64,000 nucleotides of DNA from Candidatus Marinacidobacterales bacterium (GCA_965219415.1 CBDCNP010000002.1:3744001-3808000); one strand, 5' to 3'. Counted from the first letter of the stretch, positions 9,424-20,914 are shown. Program-made: numbers and translations. The notes: a model not told the origin generated them from the sequence alone.

Positions 9424-10883
9424 GGGGATGTCCCGGCCGCTGTTGAATTTGGTCGGGTAGCGGCGGCACCTGTGAATACTCTTAGGCAGCAAACTCATCG
9501 CTGTCAAGAGATTTCTGTTTGCTTCTAAGCGCGTGAACGAAAGCGCCCATATGGCGATAGCCTTTGATACGCCGGAACTTTTTCTGCGCGGTGACGACGC
9601 CAAGAGCGGTCCATCGGCGAACCATGGAAGGACTCTTCCAACGCTTGAGGTTTCTCGATACTCTGCGAATGGTTCCGTTGAGATTCTCAATGGCGTTCGT
9701 CGTGGCAAGAGACTGGCGAAGTAAGGCGGGCAGCGCGAGCTTCACGACCGTGAGTGTCTCTTCCATCCCTTCACGAAGGCTTCCGGCAGCTTCGTCGTAG
9801 CCGTTTCGCTCGAGCCACGACACCAATGCCTGAAGTCGCTTGCGCGCCTTGTCGGCACTCTTGCACTTGTAGGCTTCCTTCATCGTCTGGAGTACGTAGG
9901 CGTGACGAGACTTGGGAAGGTACGAGCGAAGATTCCGGAGTTTATGGATCTGGCACCTTTGGATGACCGCGAGGTCCCCCAAAACGTCGACGAGTGCCTT
10001 GCGGATGCCTTTGCCTCCGTCCACTACGCAGAGAATCGACTCATCGACGCGCAAGCCCCGCTCGAGAAGGTCCTGCAACATCGCGGTGCACACCCGAGAG
10101 TTCTCCGTCGAGCCCAGCCATATACCCAGGGGCACCTTCGTTCCATCTATTGTGATACCTAGAGTTACGACGACGGTCTGTCCGGCCACCTCAAGGCCAT
10201 CCAGCATCAGTGCCGCAAGCTCGAACTCCTCTAGCCGCCGAGACAGGTATTCCTCGAGCTTCTTAGTCGTCTGGCTCACGAGGTGACGGCTGGCGGCACT
10301 CTTACTCGTGCCACGAGACTTCAACTTGGCCGCGGGTTTGTTCAGACTCCGTTCGTAATTTCGGGTCGATACCCCCACCAAGATCTGATTCAACACTCGC
10401 TCTGGAAGCGGGTCTTCTTCGCGGAAGGCTTCGAAGTGTGGAAGCGACGCCTCCTCGCCCGACTTCGAGCGAACTCGAGGTCGCGACACTTGGATGCGAC
10501 GACCACCGAAGCTCAGCTCTCCGTTCGTGCTCCCCCAGTGGTTATGAGTTCGCTCCTTCTCGTGCTTGCCCTTGAGCCCCGCGATCTCCTCGGCGTCCTC
10601 TCTGAGCAGTAGGTGCAGAGCTGTCAGTCCTTGCTCGTACACCCATTCCGTCAGTTCCGCCTTCGTGGCCGCGATCCCAGCTATCATCGGTAGCAGTATC
10701 TGACCGACTTGGCCAACTACCTTGCCCGTAGGCGAGTGCGTTTGCTTTCTTACTGGCTTCTTTGATTTCCTAGGCATTGGTGGCTCCTTGTCCCCCTCTG
10801 GAGACGGTTGTTTGGCAGACCTATTCTTAGGCCGGCCAAGGAGCCGCCGCTACCCCAAATTCAACATCCGGCGGGACATCCCC
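9424..10883 (-). mobile_element. Complete IS256-family element
   Basis: TIRs GGGGATGTCCCG...GTTGAATTTGG...GTAGCGGCGGC at both ends; 8-bp TSD CCTACCGG at 9416-9423 and 10884-10891. Confidence 0.93.
9482..10777 (-). CDS. IS256-family (mutator-type) transposase
   Basis: GVSTRNY, LMLDG, VVDGGKG, IQRCQIHK, TTNAIENLN motifs. Confidence 0.93.
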   Translation of the reverse strand: MPRKSKKPVRKQTHSPTGKVVGQVGQILLPMIAGIAATKAELTEWVYEQGLTALHLLLREDAEEIAGLKGKHEKERTHNHWGSTNGELSFGGRRIQVSRPRVRSKSGEEASLPHFEAFREEDPLPERVLNQILVGVSTRNYERSLNKPAAKLKSRGTSKSAASRHLVSQTTKKLEEYLSRRLEEFELAALMLDGLEVAGQTVVVTLGITIDGTKVPLGIWLGSTENSRVCTAMLQDLLERGLRVDESILCVVDGGKGIRKALVDVLGDLAVIQRCQIHKLRNLRSYLPKSRHAYVLQTMKEAYKCKSADKARKRLQALVSWLERNGYDEAAGSLREGMEETLTVVKLALPALLRQSLATTNAIENLNGTIRRVSRNLKRWKSPSMVRRWTALGVVTAQKKFRRIKGYRHMGAFVHALRSKQKSLDSDEFAA

Positions 10884-11272
10884 CCTACCGGGCCGCAACG
10901 GCCATAGACCCGGCCGTTCAGGCGCAGTTCCCGAACTGTGTCAACGGGGTCAGACCGACGCACATACATGCTGGTTGGCAGGGATTCGCTCGCGTGGTCC
11001 TCCCGGCATTTCCCCCGGACCGTTTCGAAATCACCTTCACCGACGTCCCGGCGGGAAACCGCCAGAGCCTACGCATCAGCGACCCGAACGCCTGCGCCAT
11101 CGATCCGAACGGCGCCAGTACGCAGAACGTCTTCGCCAACGGTACTCTTCTGACGGACGTCGTCGGCACACCTGGCAACGGTACCGAGCCCGGTTTGGCT
11201 CTTACGGTCGCCACCGACGGCACAGTGACACCGTAGCGCACAGAGCGCCGCGCCGAGTTGCTAAATCGAGCC

Positions 11273-11898
11273 TCATGTGCCTTGGCCCTCAGTATATTGC
11301 ACCCAAGCCTTGTAGGTCTTAGGAGCATCAATCTTCTTGAGTTGTTCCCAGGCCTTCAACATCTTCTTTCTGTCGGCCTTCTTGTTCGCCTTCATGAAAT
11401 CCGCAACGAAGTTGTTGTAGCGTCCATGCGCGATACGAAGTGGCTTCCTTGGCCCCTGATTGAGCTTTACGAAATGTTTTCACTAGCTCGCCGTATGTTA
11501 TCTTTCTGCCCTTGGCGATTTGTTCCTCTCGCCATCGGCTGAGTGGGTAACGAGTGCCAGATTGGATCTTGAAATCTGGATCCATCTTCTTGGCTTCTCG
11601 GAAAAGGAACTCTTTTGTCTCTTTGTCGTTGCTGTAGTTCACGATGGGGAGGCTGAGTCGGATGCCTTTCTCGGTATCTCTCGGGCCTTGTCTTGAGGGT
11701 GATGGTTTTGGTTGGATTCTTGACCTTCCCAGTGCGCAAAAAGGACTTGATGGCCTTTTCCAGCTGGTCTTTTCGCAACACGCTGGCAGAAGGAATGCCC
11801 AATTTGAGGGCAAAGTCCTTCAACTCGGTAGCGTACCAGTAGCCATTGTCGAACTGGGATAGAGTCATTGTTTTGGATAATTTATTTTTCTTTGGCAT
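11273..11898 (-). pseudogene. SAP-like/DUF6434-type small basic protein, split by two frameshifts
   Basis: FDNGYWYATELKDFALKLGI...KDQLEKAI; ITYGELV; HGRYNNFVADF; APKTYKAW across three frames. Confidence 0.6.
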
Positions 11899-12251
11899 CG
11901 GAGTTCTCAGACAGGTCGTAGAACGCTGAAGAGCGATCAAGATCACCCACCGCAAGCGACGCATGATGGAACATATGGGGTGTGTCTGGCATCGGGTGCC
12001 ACTAACTCCACTTTGATCCGATCAGGATCCTCAAAAAAGACGGCGTAATTGTCCTCACCCCAGCATATGGGTTGTCCGCCATCATTATCAATCCGTCGGT
12101 ACCGTAGGCCCGTGCGGCTCGGCGATGACGACGATAGCGGACTCGACGTAGGGCGAACGCTACCAGGATCACGCGACCTGTGGTTTCACGAGCTGGAGAA
12201 CGCAAGTTTCGACGGCTCCCGCCGCGCGAGTTTCGCGACGAAATAACTGCC

Positions 12252-13399
12252 CTACGCAGCCTCGCTCCACTCGTAGCGGTGGTGCAGTCCACCAACTCTC
12301 GGCAGCGCCACAACTTTCGCCGTGGGGGACGGTCGAGGCGTGATTAGTCTCTCGTTCGGCGTGTCTACGGCCGGCGCGAGAGGCGTCCACTTGGCGACGA
12401 GCTCGTCATAGGCTTTGCGAGCATCGATCCCGTTCTTGGCGTAGACGATCCGGTTGTAGTCACGCCGGAGCTCACGGCGTGCGTGCGCCGGGCAATGTTG
12501 GAGCAAGTTGGCGCGCTTGTGCTCGGTACATCGCTGCAACCGGCACTCCGGCCACTTCTCCAGCGCTTTCGTCAGCCCCTTGTGGCCGTCGCTGATCACT
12601 AGCTTGGGAGCCCGGAGTCCTCGAGCCTGGAGTCCCTCCAGCACGGAGCCCCAATGCGTCGAGGCTTCGCTCACCGCCAGACGCAATGACAACAGACGTT
12701 TGTGCCCGTCTGGCGCGACCCCGAGCGCGGCCAGTACGGGTACGCTGATCACACGTTTCGCCATCCGCACTTTCAGGTGGAAGCCGTCCAGGTAAACGAT
12801 CGCGTAGACCTCCTCGCTGAGAGCACGGTTCTGCCATTCCTCGAAGCGCTCCTTCAGCCGGCTAACCACGCGAGACACCGCGCTCTTCGATAGGTGCTCC
12901 CCACCGAGCAGTGGTTTCAGCGCTTTGCGGATCCGGCGGCTATTCGCGCCCGACAAGTACGTCCCCAAGAGCGCCTCGTCGACCTCACGAGTCCGGCGCG
13001 CGTACCGGGGCAACAGCTCGCTCCTGAACTCTGCCGTTTCTCCCGTTTCCTCGTCTCGCACGCGGGCTCGTGGCACCCGGAGCTCGCGAGTTCCCACCGA
13101 CGTCGTCACGCGACGGGTTTCGGCTCCGTTGCGATATCCACGGCGGTCTTCCGCACGCTCGTAGCTACAACACCCCAGCGCTTGGTCGACTTCTTCCTCA
13201 AGCACAACCTCGATCGCCTCCAGTACCCGCATACGCAGCCGAAGTTGGACGAACTCCCGGTACTCGCTTACAGACTCCTTCGATATGGTGGTAGGCTTCT
13301 TCATGGCGTAATCCTCCTCCTCGCCTTTCCAGGCGCGGTTTGGTTTTGCTTAACCGGAGGTTACGCCATTCTTATTTCCACGGGAAGCGGGACGGATCC
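12252..13399 (-). mobile_element. Truncated IS256-family element fused to the 3' end of an rve-integrase gene
   Basis: GYRNG, VYLDG, VISDGHKGL, QRCTEHK; end GGATCCGTCCCG..GTGGAAATAAGAATGGCGTAACC at 13399; C-terminus DTP..RPSPTAKVVALPRVGGLHHRYEW matches 61196..62245. Confidence 0.85.
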
Positions 13400-13779
13400 A
13401 AAAAGGTGCTGTACAACAGTGAGCAATCAATGTTGGTTTGTCGACAGGAGAACGGAGGTAATCCTCACAGGGTGTAAGAGTTTGCGCACTTATTGCACTG
13501 ACCACTGAAGCTGAGAGATCTAACCTTCCTTTTGGTGGCTGATCTTAACGGTTGAATGGCTCGGGTCGCCGACCTCGACCTCGGAATCCGCCTGCGGCTC
13601 CGCAGCGGGGTCTTCCACGGTCGATTTACTCTGCGCGGTGACGGCATGCACCACGAGGCACGATGCGAGGATGGCCGACCAGAAACATCGCCAAATCATG
13701 TTACCGGCGATTGTGTTCCCCACTCTTTGGTAGCGTCAAAGAGGCCTATTGAGGTATTAGTGAGGCGCAGGGGACCGAG

Positions 13780-15695
13780 ATGAAGCGAAGCGATCGAGAG
13801 CTAGGCATGGATCGGCCCATCAGCCGACGTGATTTCATCAGCGGCGTCGGCGTGGCGGTCAGCGGTTCGCTCCTCTACCCGTGGGCGGAGACACATGGTG
13901 CTCCTCGCAAGCAGTTCGCCCCTGAGAGGGCGGCCGGATACTACCCGCCAGCACGGACCGGAATGCGCGGCAGTCACGAAGGATCGTACGAGGTAGCTCA
14001 CGAGCTCGTCGAGGGCAAGACGTGGGGATGACGCGGGTGACACCGGCGAGAGTTACGACCTGGTGGTGGTGGGCGGCGGGATCAGCGGTCTGGCCACCGC
14101 CTACTACTTCCAACAACAGGTCGGACCGAAAGCCCGTATCCTCATTCTGGACAACCACGACGACTTCGGAGGCCATGCCAAACGCAACGAATTCCACCAC
14201 GACGGAAGACTGCTACTCATGAACGGGGGGACCATCTACATCGAGGATTTCGCGTACTACGACGAAGCCGGCCGGCGCCTGCTGCGCGAGCTGGGCTTGG
14301 AAGTCGAACGCAATTCGGAGTTCGAGAACCGGGATGTCTACAGGTCGCGAAAGCTCAGCCACGGCGTCTTCTTCGACAAGGAAACCTTCGGTACCGATCA
14401 CCTCGCGGTCGGACAGGGCGAGTTGCCCTGGGCAAAGTTTCTTGCGAAGGCGCCGCTCACCGAAGCGGCTCGTAAAGACATCGCTCGATTATACGAGGAG
14501 CGCATCGACTACCTCCCGGACCTGTCGCTCGAGCAGAAGAAGGCCCGCCTGCAGAAGATGAGCTACCAAGACTACCTCGTCGAGGTGGCCAAGGCGGATC
14601 CGAACGTGCTCCCCTACCTTCAGTCACGCTCAGGATATTGGGCGATCGGTAATGACGCGCTCCCGGCATGGGTCGCGCTCGAGACCGCGGCCTCGACCGA
14701 TTGGTTCAGCGACTTATCCCGGCTTTCAAGGGTTGGGGTTTCCCGGTCGAGCGGAAATCCGTCAATACTTCCGCTTCCCCGACGGCAACGCATCGATCGC
14801 TCGCCTGCTGGCCCGCGCCCTGATCCCGCAAGCGGCGCCGGGAAGTGGCATGGAGGATATCGTCACCGCGCGTTTCGACTATTCCAAGCTCGACCGAGAC
14901 GAGGCCCCCGTCCGGATCCGGCTCAACTCCACCGTGGTTCGCGTCCGCCACCGCGGCGATCCGCAAACGTCCAAGGAAGTCGAGATCACTTACGTACGTG
15001 GGGGAAAGGCGCACCGCCTGCGCGCGGATCACACCATTCTCGCTTGCTACAACGCGATCATCCCTCATTTATGTCCCGGGCTTCCCGAGCGCCAGAGGGA
15101 GGCGTTGTCGTATGCCCTGAAAGCACCGCTCGTATACTCACGGGCGTTGATCCGCCATTGGAAATCGTTCGCGAACCTGCGACTTCGAGCGGTAAGCTGC
15201 CCAGGCTCCTATCACCAAATGGTTCTTCTGAGTGAGCCCGTTAGCATGGGAACGTACCATTGCTCAGGCTCGCCTGAGGAACCGATGGTCCTCGACCTCA
15301 GGCGCACCCCGATAAGTCCCGGCCTGCCGGCCGCCCAGCAGTTCAAGTTGGGTAAGTACGATCTGTTGATGACTACCTTCGAGACGTTCGAGCGCAAGAT
15401 CCGCGACCAACTCGGTCGCATGCTGGCGGACGGAGGCTTCGACCCCGCCCGCGATATCGAGGCCATCACTGTGAATCGTTGGCCGCACGGCTACGCCTAC
15501 GGATACGACCCGATGGAGGACGAGATCGCCTGGCTTCCCGACGAGTGGCCGGAGGAGAAGAGAACGTGGGTGATTGGACGGCAGCGCTTCGGGCGTATCT
15601 CCATCGCCAACTCCGACGCCAACGCCAACGCTATGACCGAGGGCGCCTTGGGCGCGGCCCACCGCGCCGCCCAGGAGGTCCTTGGGCAGACGTAA
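13780..15695 (+). CDS. Tat-exported spermidine-dehydrogenase-like FAD oxidoreductase (two frameshifts, ~14027 and ~14700)
   Basis: RRDFISG; YYPPARTGMRGSH; VVGGGISGL; DNHDDFGGHAKRNEF; FPDGNASIARLL; ITVNRWPHGY. Confidence 0.8.
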
Positions 15696-15729
15696 CTGAA
15701 GCGCCGCGCAGCAGAGAAAGACTAAATTG

Positions 15730-15855
15730 ATGATCGTCGGACTTCCTTGGACGGCTTGGCTGCTATGGATCGTTGCCATCGGATTAGGCCCGACAATCCA
15801 ACTTCCCTTCTACTTCCGCTACCGACGCCGCGCCGCCGAGGACCGATCGAACTAA
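15730..15855 (+). CDS. 41-aa single-TM small protein preceding an SSS symporter (not in ORF track)
   Basis: MIVGLPWTAWLLWIVAIGLGPTIQLPFYFRYRRRAAEDRSN*; stop 4 bp before the symporter ATG. Confidence 0.55.
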   Translation: MIVGLPWTAWLLWIVAIGLGPTIQLPFYFRYRRRAAEDRSN

Positions 15856-15859
15856 TTCC

Positions 15860-17338
15860 ATGGCCTCCGCCACTATCATCGCCGTTCTTGTCGTCTACCT
15901 CGTCATTCTCCTAGCCATCGGCGCGTGGGGCAGCCGAGCTTCGAAAAGCGTGGCCGGCTACTACCTCGCGGAAAAGAAACTTCCCTCCTGGGTCATCGCG
16001 TTCAGCACCAACTCCACCGGTGAAAGCGCGTGGCTACTCCTGGGGCTCACGGGGATGGGCTACATGGTCGGGATCCATGCGGTCTGGGTCGTTCTCGGCG
16101 AGGTCTTGGGCGTGGCGTTGGCGTGGGTCTTGGTCGCACTGCCGTTCAAGGAATACACCGATCGCTATGACTCGATCACCGTGCCCGACTATCTGGAAAG
16201 CCGCTTCCGGGACACGCATCACATCATTCGACTCGTAAGCTTCGTCATTATCTTCAGTATGGTCACCGCCTATACCGCCGCGCAGCTCACGGCACTGGGC
16301 AAGGGGTTCAGCTCCTTCCCTTTGGGCTTGGATTACACTGAGGGCGTACTGATCGGCGCCGCGGTGGTCTTCTTCTACACCACCGTGGGAGGGTTCAAGG
16401 CCGTCGCCTATAGCGATCTCCTTCAGGGTGTCTTGATGTTTGCCGGACTACTGGTGTTGCCGATCGTCGGTATCGCCGCGGCGGGTGGATGGACCCAAAC
16501 GATGGCCACACTCCAATCGGCCGATCCCAATTTGCTTTTGCCGATGGGTGAGCTCGGCCTTTCCACCGCTGGATTGGTAAGTGCCCTGAGCTTCGTGGGG
16601 ATCGGCTTCGCGTTTCTGGGCGCCCCGCAACTCCTGACGCGTTTCATGGCGGCCCGGGACAAGGGTGAGATCGTCCAAGGGAGCCTCATCGCCATCATCT
16701 GCATTATTGTCTACGACGTTGGTGCGGTCCTGACGGGCATGGCGGGCCGCGCCGTTTTTCCCGGTCTTGCCGATTCAGAGACCATTCTTCCAACCATGAG
16801 CGCCGAGCTCCTTCCCGCCGTCTTCACCGGGATTTTCTTGGTCATCGTCTTGGCCGCCGCTATGTCCACGGTCGATTCCCTCTTGATCCTTGCCTCGTCT
16901 GCTGTCGTGCGAGACGTGGTCCAAAAGATCTTCCATCCGAAGCTCTCTGAGCGGCGTCTCTCGCTCTTGGGGAAGCTCACCACGGTGGTCATCGGCGTCA
17001 CCGCGCTCTTCTTCGCGTTGGAGGAGGTACGGCTCATTTTCTGGTTCGTACTTTTCGCGTGGTCCGGCCTCGGCTCCGCTTTCACGCCTGTCGTCCTTTG
17101 CTCGCTCTTCTGGAAAAGAACCACCAAGGCCGGCGCCATCGCCGGGATGCTGGCTGGATTTCTCACCGCCGTGATCTGGGTGATAGCCTTAAAGCCTTAC
17201 TTTTACGACCTTTATGAGATGATCCCAGGGTTTGCGGCGGGATTCCTGGCGACGATTGTGGTCAGTCTCCTCACCGAGCCACCGGAGGGGGCGGACGAAG
17301 AGTTCGATGCGGTGTGGAAAGTGATAGGTAAGAACTAG
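15860..17338 (+). CDS. Sodium/proline-type solute:sodium symporter (SSS)
   Basis: SAWLLLGLTG, YTTVGGFKAVAYSDLLQG, LAAAMSTVDS, FAWSGLGSAF. Confidence 0.88.
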   Translation: MASATIIAVLVVYLVILLAIGAWGSRASKSVAGYYLAEKKLPSWVIAFSTNSTGESAWLLLGLTGMGYMVGIHAVWVVLGEVLGVALAWVLVALPFKEYTDRYDSITVPDYLESRFRDTHHIIRLVSFVIIFSMVTAYTAAQLTALGKGFSSFPLGLDYTEGVLIGAAVVFFYTTVGGFKAVAYSDLLQGVLMFAGLLVLPIVGIAAAGGWTQTMATLQSADPNLLLPMGELGLSTAGLVSALSFVGIGFAFLGAPQLLTRFMAARDKGEIVQGSLIAIICIIVYDVGAVLTGMAGRAVFPGLADSETILPTMSAELLPAVFTGIFLVIVLAAAMSTVDSLLILASSAVVRDVVQKIFHPKLSERRLSLLGKLTTVVIGVTALFFALEEVRLIFWFVLFAWSGLGSAFTPVVLCSLFWKRTTKAGAIAGMLAGFLTAVIWVIALKPYFYDLYEMIPGFAAGFLATIVVSLLTEPPEGADEEFDAVWKVIGKN

Positions 17339-17450
17339 CGGCCCGTTAGGGCCGCGATGCAAGACTTGCGCTAGTTATGTTTGTGCTCGTTGTTCTCTTT
17401 GTTACTTCCATCGCTACCTTGGCGGTCGGGCCTCCAGAGGACGCTCCACC

Positions 17451-18238
17451 ATGAGCCACAAGAAACCGCCACCCGGTACTCAGGCCGTCTTACGCGCCAT
17501 CGCGTTGCTCAAAGCCTTTACCGGCGACAAACCTGAGATGGATCTTCCCGATCTCGCCGACCAAGTGGGCCTCACCAGGACGACAACGCACCGGCTGTTG
17601 TCCGCTCTCGAAAGTGAAGACCTGGTTGCCAAGGATCCCTTGACCCATGATTATCGATTGGGGCCGGCCGCCATCGCTCTGGGGTCTCGAGCTTTGCGCA
17701 CCAACGACTTGCGCAACATTGCCCGGCCGTACCTGGAATCGCTAGCCGCTCGCACTCGGGAAACGGCAACACTCGAAGTCTTGGTAGATGGCCGGATGTT
17801 GATCCTCGATGAAGTGTTGGGAGCGCATTTGGTCGGTACGACTCCGTCGGTCGGAACGGCCTGGGCGATCCATGCCACGTCCACTGGGAAAGTGCTGCTC
17901 GCTCACCTTACGGAAACGGATAGGAAGAAACTCCTGAAGAAGCCTCTTACTCGCTACACCCCGCGCACCATCACCGACTTCGGGAAACTACGGAAGGAAT
18001 TCGAACAAGCTCGCCAACGCGGCTACGCCATCGCCGCGGAAGAGCTCGAGGAGGGTTACGTGGCGGTCGGCGCGGCAGTCACCGGTCCACTCGGGAATCC
18101 CGCGTCGGAAGTCTGAGCGTCGGAGGTCCCAGCGTTCGCCTCAAGCGTGACCAGCTTTCCGAGCTGGGAAAGCTCGTCACCGCTGCTGCCCGCAAGGTCT
18201 CGATACGTCTAGGCTACGAGACCACCGACTTCAAGTGA
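17451..18238 (+). CDS. IclR-family transcriptional regulator (frameshift near 18105)
   Basis: RAIALLKAF HTH, TTHRLLSAL, HATSTGKVLLA, RGYAI..EE; tail LSVGGPSVRL...RLGY in another frame. Confidence 0.88.
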
Positions 18239-19095
18239 GACCACAACTCGATACGAGGAGCAGACAGGTCCTCGCTGCTCTCCTCAGGAGCCCTCGCATG
18301 GAGGTGTTTCCGCGTTCGAGTATTTCCGAGCAGCTACGGCAGCTTCCCTCTGGCACCACCGTACCGGTCACGAGCTCTCCGAAGAAAGGTATCGAGCCTA
18401 CTTTGGATCTCTGTGAGGGTGTCGCGGGGTTGGGGCTGCGCCCCGTCCCCCATATCGCGGCCCGGCTCGTCACCGACGAAGCACACCTCAATATCATCCT
18501 CGAGCGTCTAGCCGCCCTCGACGACCGGGACATCTTCGTGGTTGGTGGCGATTCGAAGGAACCGCGTGGCCCCTTTCCCTCCGCCGGTTCTCTTCTCACT
18601 GCAATCAAAAACTCGACGCACAGGTTCGACGAGGTCGGCATTGCCGCTTATCCGGAAGGCCACCCTTTCATCAGCGATGCCGAACTTTTGGAAACACTTC
18701 ACCAAAAGCAGCCCTTTGCTTCCTATATGGTGACGCAAATGTGTTTCGATGCAGAGGTTATCACCAGGTGGATCGTCGCGGTTCGGAAAAATGGAGTTCG
18801 GCTCCCGGTTTACATTGGGATTCCCGGTGACGTCGACGCAGCAAAGTTGCTAAGAATTGCGACGCGAATAGGTGTCGGCGACTCCACCCGGTTCCTGAGG
18901 AAGCACTTCGGTCTCGTCCGCCGCCTCTTAAGACCTGATTACCGACCGGATCGCCTCGTCGCAGCCTCGGCACCTTACCTCTTCAAGGAAAGTTACGGTG
19001 TTCGTGGGCTTCACGTCTACACCTTCGATCAAATCGCGGAGACCGAGCGGTGGCGGAAGAAACTGCTCGCGGGGCTCGAAACCACGCCGGCTTGA
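18235..19095 (+). CDS. metF: Methylenetetrahydrofolate reductase
   Basis: PVPHIAAR, VVGGD, IAAYPEGHP, TQMCFD, GLHVYTF. Confidence 0.8.
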   Translation: MRPQLDTRSRQVLAALLRSPRMEVFPRSSISEQLRQLPSGTTVPVTSSPKKGIEPTLDLCEGVAGLGLRPVPHIAARLVTDEAHLNIILERLAALDDRDIFVVGGDSKEPRGPFPSAGSLLTAIKNSTHRFDEVGIAAYPEGHPFISDAELLETLHQKQPFASYMVTQMCFDAEVITRWIVAVRKNGVRLPVYIGIPGDVDAAKLLRIATRIGVGDSTRFLRKHFGLVRRLLRPDYRPDRLVAASAPYLFKESYGVRGLHVYTFDQIAETERWRKKLLAGLETTPA

Positions 19096-19143
19096 GGGTA
19101 GGATAGGCAAGTCCGGAAGGGAAACAAACGAGGAGAACACTAC

Positions 19144-20376
19144 ATGGAGCTCTATGACTTAGGAGATCGCCCACCGCTGGGAGACGTTCCACCGAAGATG
19201 CACGCATTCACCGTACGGCAGGACCGTTTCGGAGAACCGCGCGATGCCTGGAAGCAGGAGGTCATCTCGACGCCCACGATCGGTGATCAAGAAGTTCTCA
19301 TCTACGTCATGGCGACCGGCATCAATTACAACAACGTCTGGGCCGCTCTCGGGAAACCGCTGGACGTGATCGCCGAGCGGCAGAAGAAAGGTGAGGCGGA
19401 AGACTTTCACGCCGGTGGGAGCGACTGTTCGGGGATCGTTTGGAAAGTGGGTGAGAAGGTCACCAACGTCAAACCGGGGGACGAAGTCGTCGCTCATAGC
19501 GGTTGGTGGGAGCCCGACGATCCCTGGGTCTTATCAGGTAAGGACCCGATGCTCGCGGAGAGCACGAGGATCTGGGGCTATCAGACTAACTACGGTAGTT
19601 ACTGCCAATTCGCGCGGGCGCAATCGCATCAATGCCAACCCAAGCCGAAACATCTGACCTGGGAGGCGGCGGGTTGCTACATGCTCTGCGCCTCCACCGC
19701 TTATCGCATGCTGATGGGTTGGCCTCCCAATGTAGTGGAGTCGGGAGACGTGGTGCTGGTTTGGGGTGGCGCGGGTGGACTCGGTAGCCTGGCCCTTCAG
19801 ATTGTCAAAGCGTTGGGTGGCCGGGCCGTCGCGGTGGTATCCGACGATGCGAAGAAACAGTTCTGTCTCGATCACGGAGCGGTCGGGGTCATCAATCGCA
19901 AGAGCTTCGACCACTGGGGGGCGATGCCTGGAACGGCGAGCCCCGACTACGGGGCGTGGGCGAAGGGCGCGCGGTCCTTCGGCAAAGCCATATGGGAGGC
20001 GCTCGGCGAGAGGGCGAATCCACGGATCGTTTTCGAGCACCCGGGTGAGGCAACCCTCCCGACTTCGATCTTCCTCGCCGCTACCGGCGGCATGGTCGTC
20101 ATTTGCGCCGGCACCACCGGGTACACTGCGACCATGGATCTTCGTTATCACTGGATGCGCCAGAAGCGTTTCCAGGGGAGCCACCTGTCCAATGATCAAC
20201 AGGCGGCGGCCATCAATCAGCTCATCATCGACCGCAAAGTGGATCCCTGCCTTTCGAAGACTTTTTCCTTCGACGAGATCGGTGCGGCTCATCAATTGAT
20301 GCATGAGAACCGTCATCCGTACGGAAACATGGCTTGCCTCGTGAATGCGACGGAACTCGGGCAAGGCGCATCGTAG
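19144..20376 (+). CDS. ccr: Crotonyl-CoA carboxylase/reductase family (ECR)
   Basis: [47 protein letters not shown]. Confidence 0.85.
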   Translation: MELYDLGDRPPLGDVPPKMHAFTVRQDRFGEPRDAWKQEVISTPTIGDQEVLIYVMATGINYNNVWAALGKPLDVIAERQKKGEAEDFHAGGSDCSGIVWKVGEKVTNVKPGDEVVAHSGWWEPDDPWVLSGKDPMLAESTRIWGYQTNYGSYCQFARAQSHQCQPKPKHLTWEAAGCYMLCASTAYRMLMGWPPNVVESGDVVLVWGGAGGLGSLALQIVKALGGRAVAVVSDDAKKQFCLDHGAVGVINRKSFDHWGAMPGTASPDYGAWAKGARSFGKAIWEALGERANPRIVFEHPGEATLPTSIFLAATGGMVVICAGTTGYTATMDLRYHWMRQKRFQGSHLSNDQQAAAINQLIIDRKVDPCLSKTFSFDEIGAAHQLMHENRHPYGNMACLVNATELGQGAS

Positions 20377-20398
20377 ATCCCCCCCCCTTTGTGAAGAT

Positions 20399-20914
20399 TT
20401 GAAGCTCGATAAGGCTCTCTTCGCACTCGTGCTGGCCCTTTGTGCGGTAGTCGGCGCGCTGATGTTCGTTCCCGACCGGCCGGATTACCACGGCATCACC
20501 CACCCGGATTTCCCGAGCATGTTGCAAGGCGGTCCCGGCGCGGAGCGGCACGCGCGCGTCCTAGGGCTCGGATGGGCCTTCGGTGTGGTGCAACTCGTAT
20601 TCTTCGCCTGCCTCATCGCCTTCGGCGCGCGAAAGCAACAAAGTCTCCGCGGACTCGGGAAGCCGCTTCTCTTCGGCCTAGCGGCGCACACGATCGTCTG
20701 GACACTTTGTGTTCTTACCTATCGTATGTACTTGACCGAGCCCACGCACGCGCTCGTACTCGGGCTTCCGATATCGACCGCGATCATGGCGTACGGAATG
20801 TGGCTCACCCCGGTCATCTACACGTTTCTCTTCGTGTTCGGCTTCAAGCGTTGGTACCTCACTGAACAAGACCTCGCTGCTTTCGATCGTTTGATGGAAA
20901 GCAAAAGGCGGTGA
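20399..20914 (+). CDS. Hypothetical 4-TM membrane protein upstream of an SSS symporter
   Basis: Hydrophobic helices; stop overlaps next start (GTGATG); start uncertain. Confidence 0.6.
   Translation: MKLDKALFALVLALCAVVGALMFVPDRPDYHGITHPDFPSMLQGGPGAERHARVLGLGWAFGVVQLVFFACLIAFGARKQQSLRGLGKPLLFGLAAHTIVWTLCVLTYRMYLTEPTHALVLGLPISTAIMAYGMWLTPVIYTFLFVFGFKRWYLTEQDLAAFDRLMESKRR

Larger units (their letters stand above)
9288..11236 (+). pseudogene. Secreted lipoprotein gene interrupted by IS256
   Basis: LAACGGSG lipobox; removing the IS and one TSD copy joins ...TITYR to AATAIDPAV... in frame; extra frameshift in the signal peptide. Confidence 0.7.

Noticed and set aside
14020-14035. Selenocysteine read-through at TGA 14029
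   Set aside because: Homology continues in a different frame, so this is an indel rather than recoding
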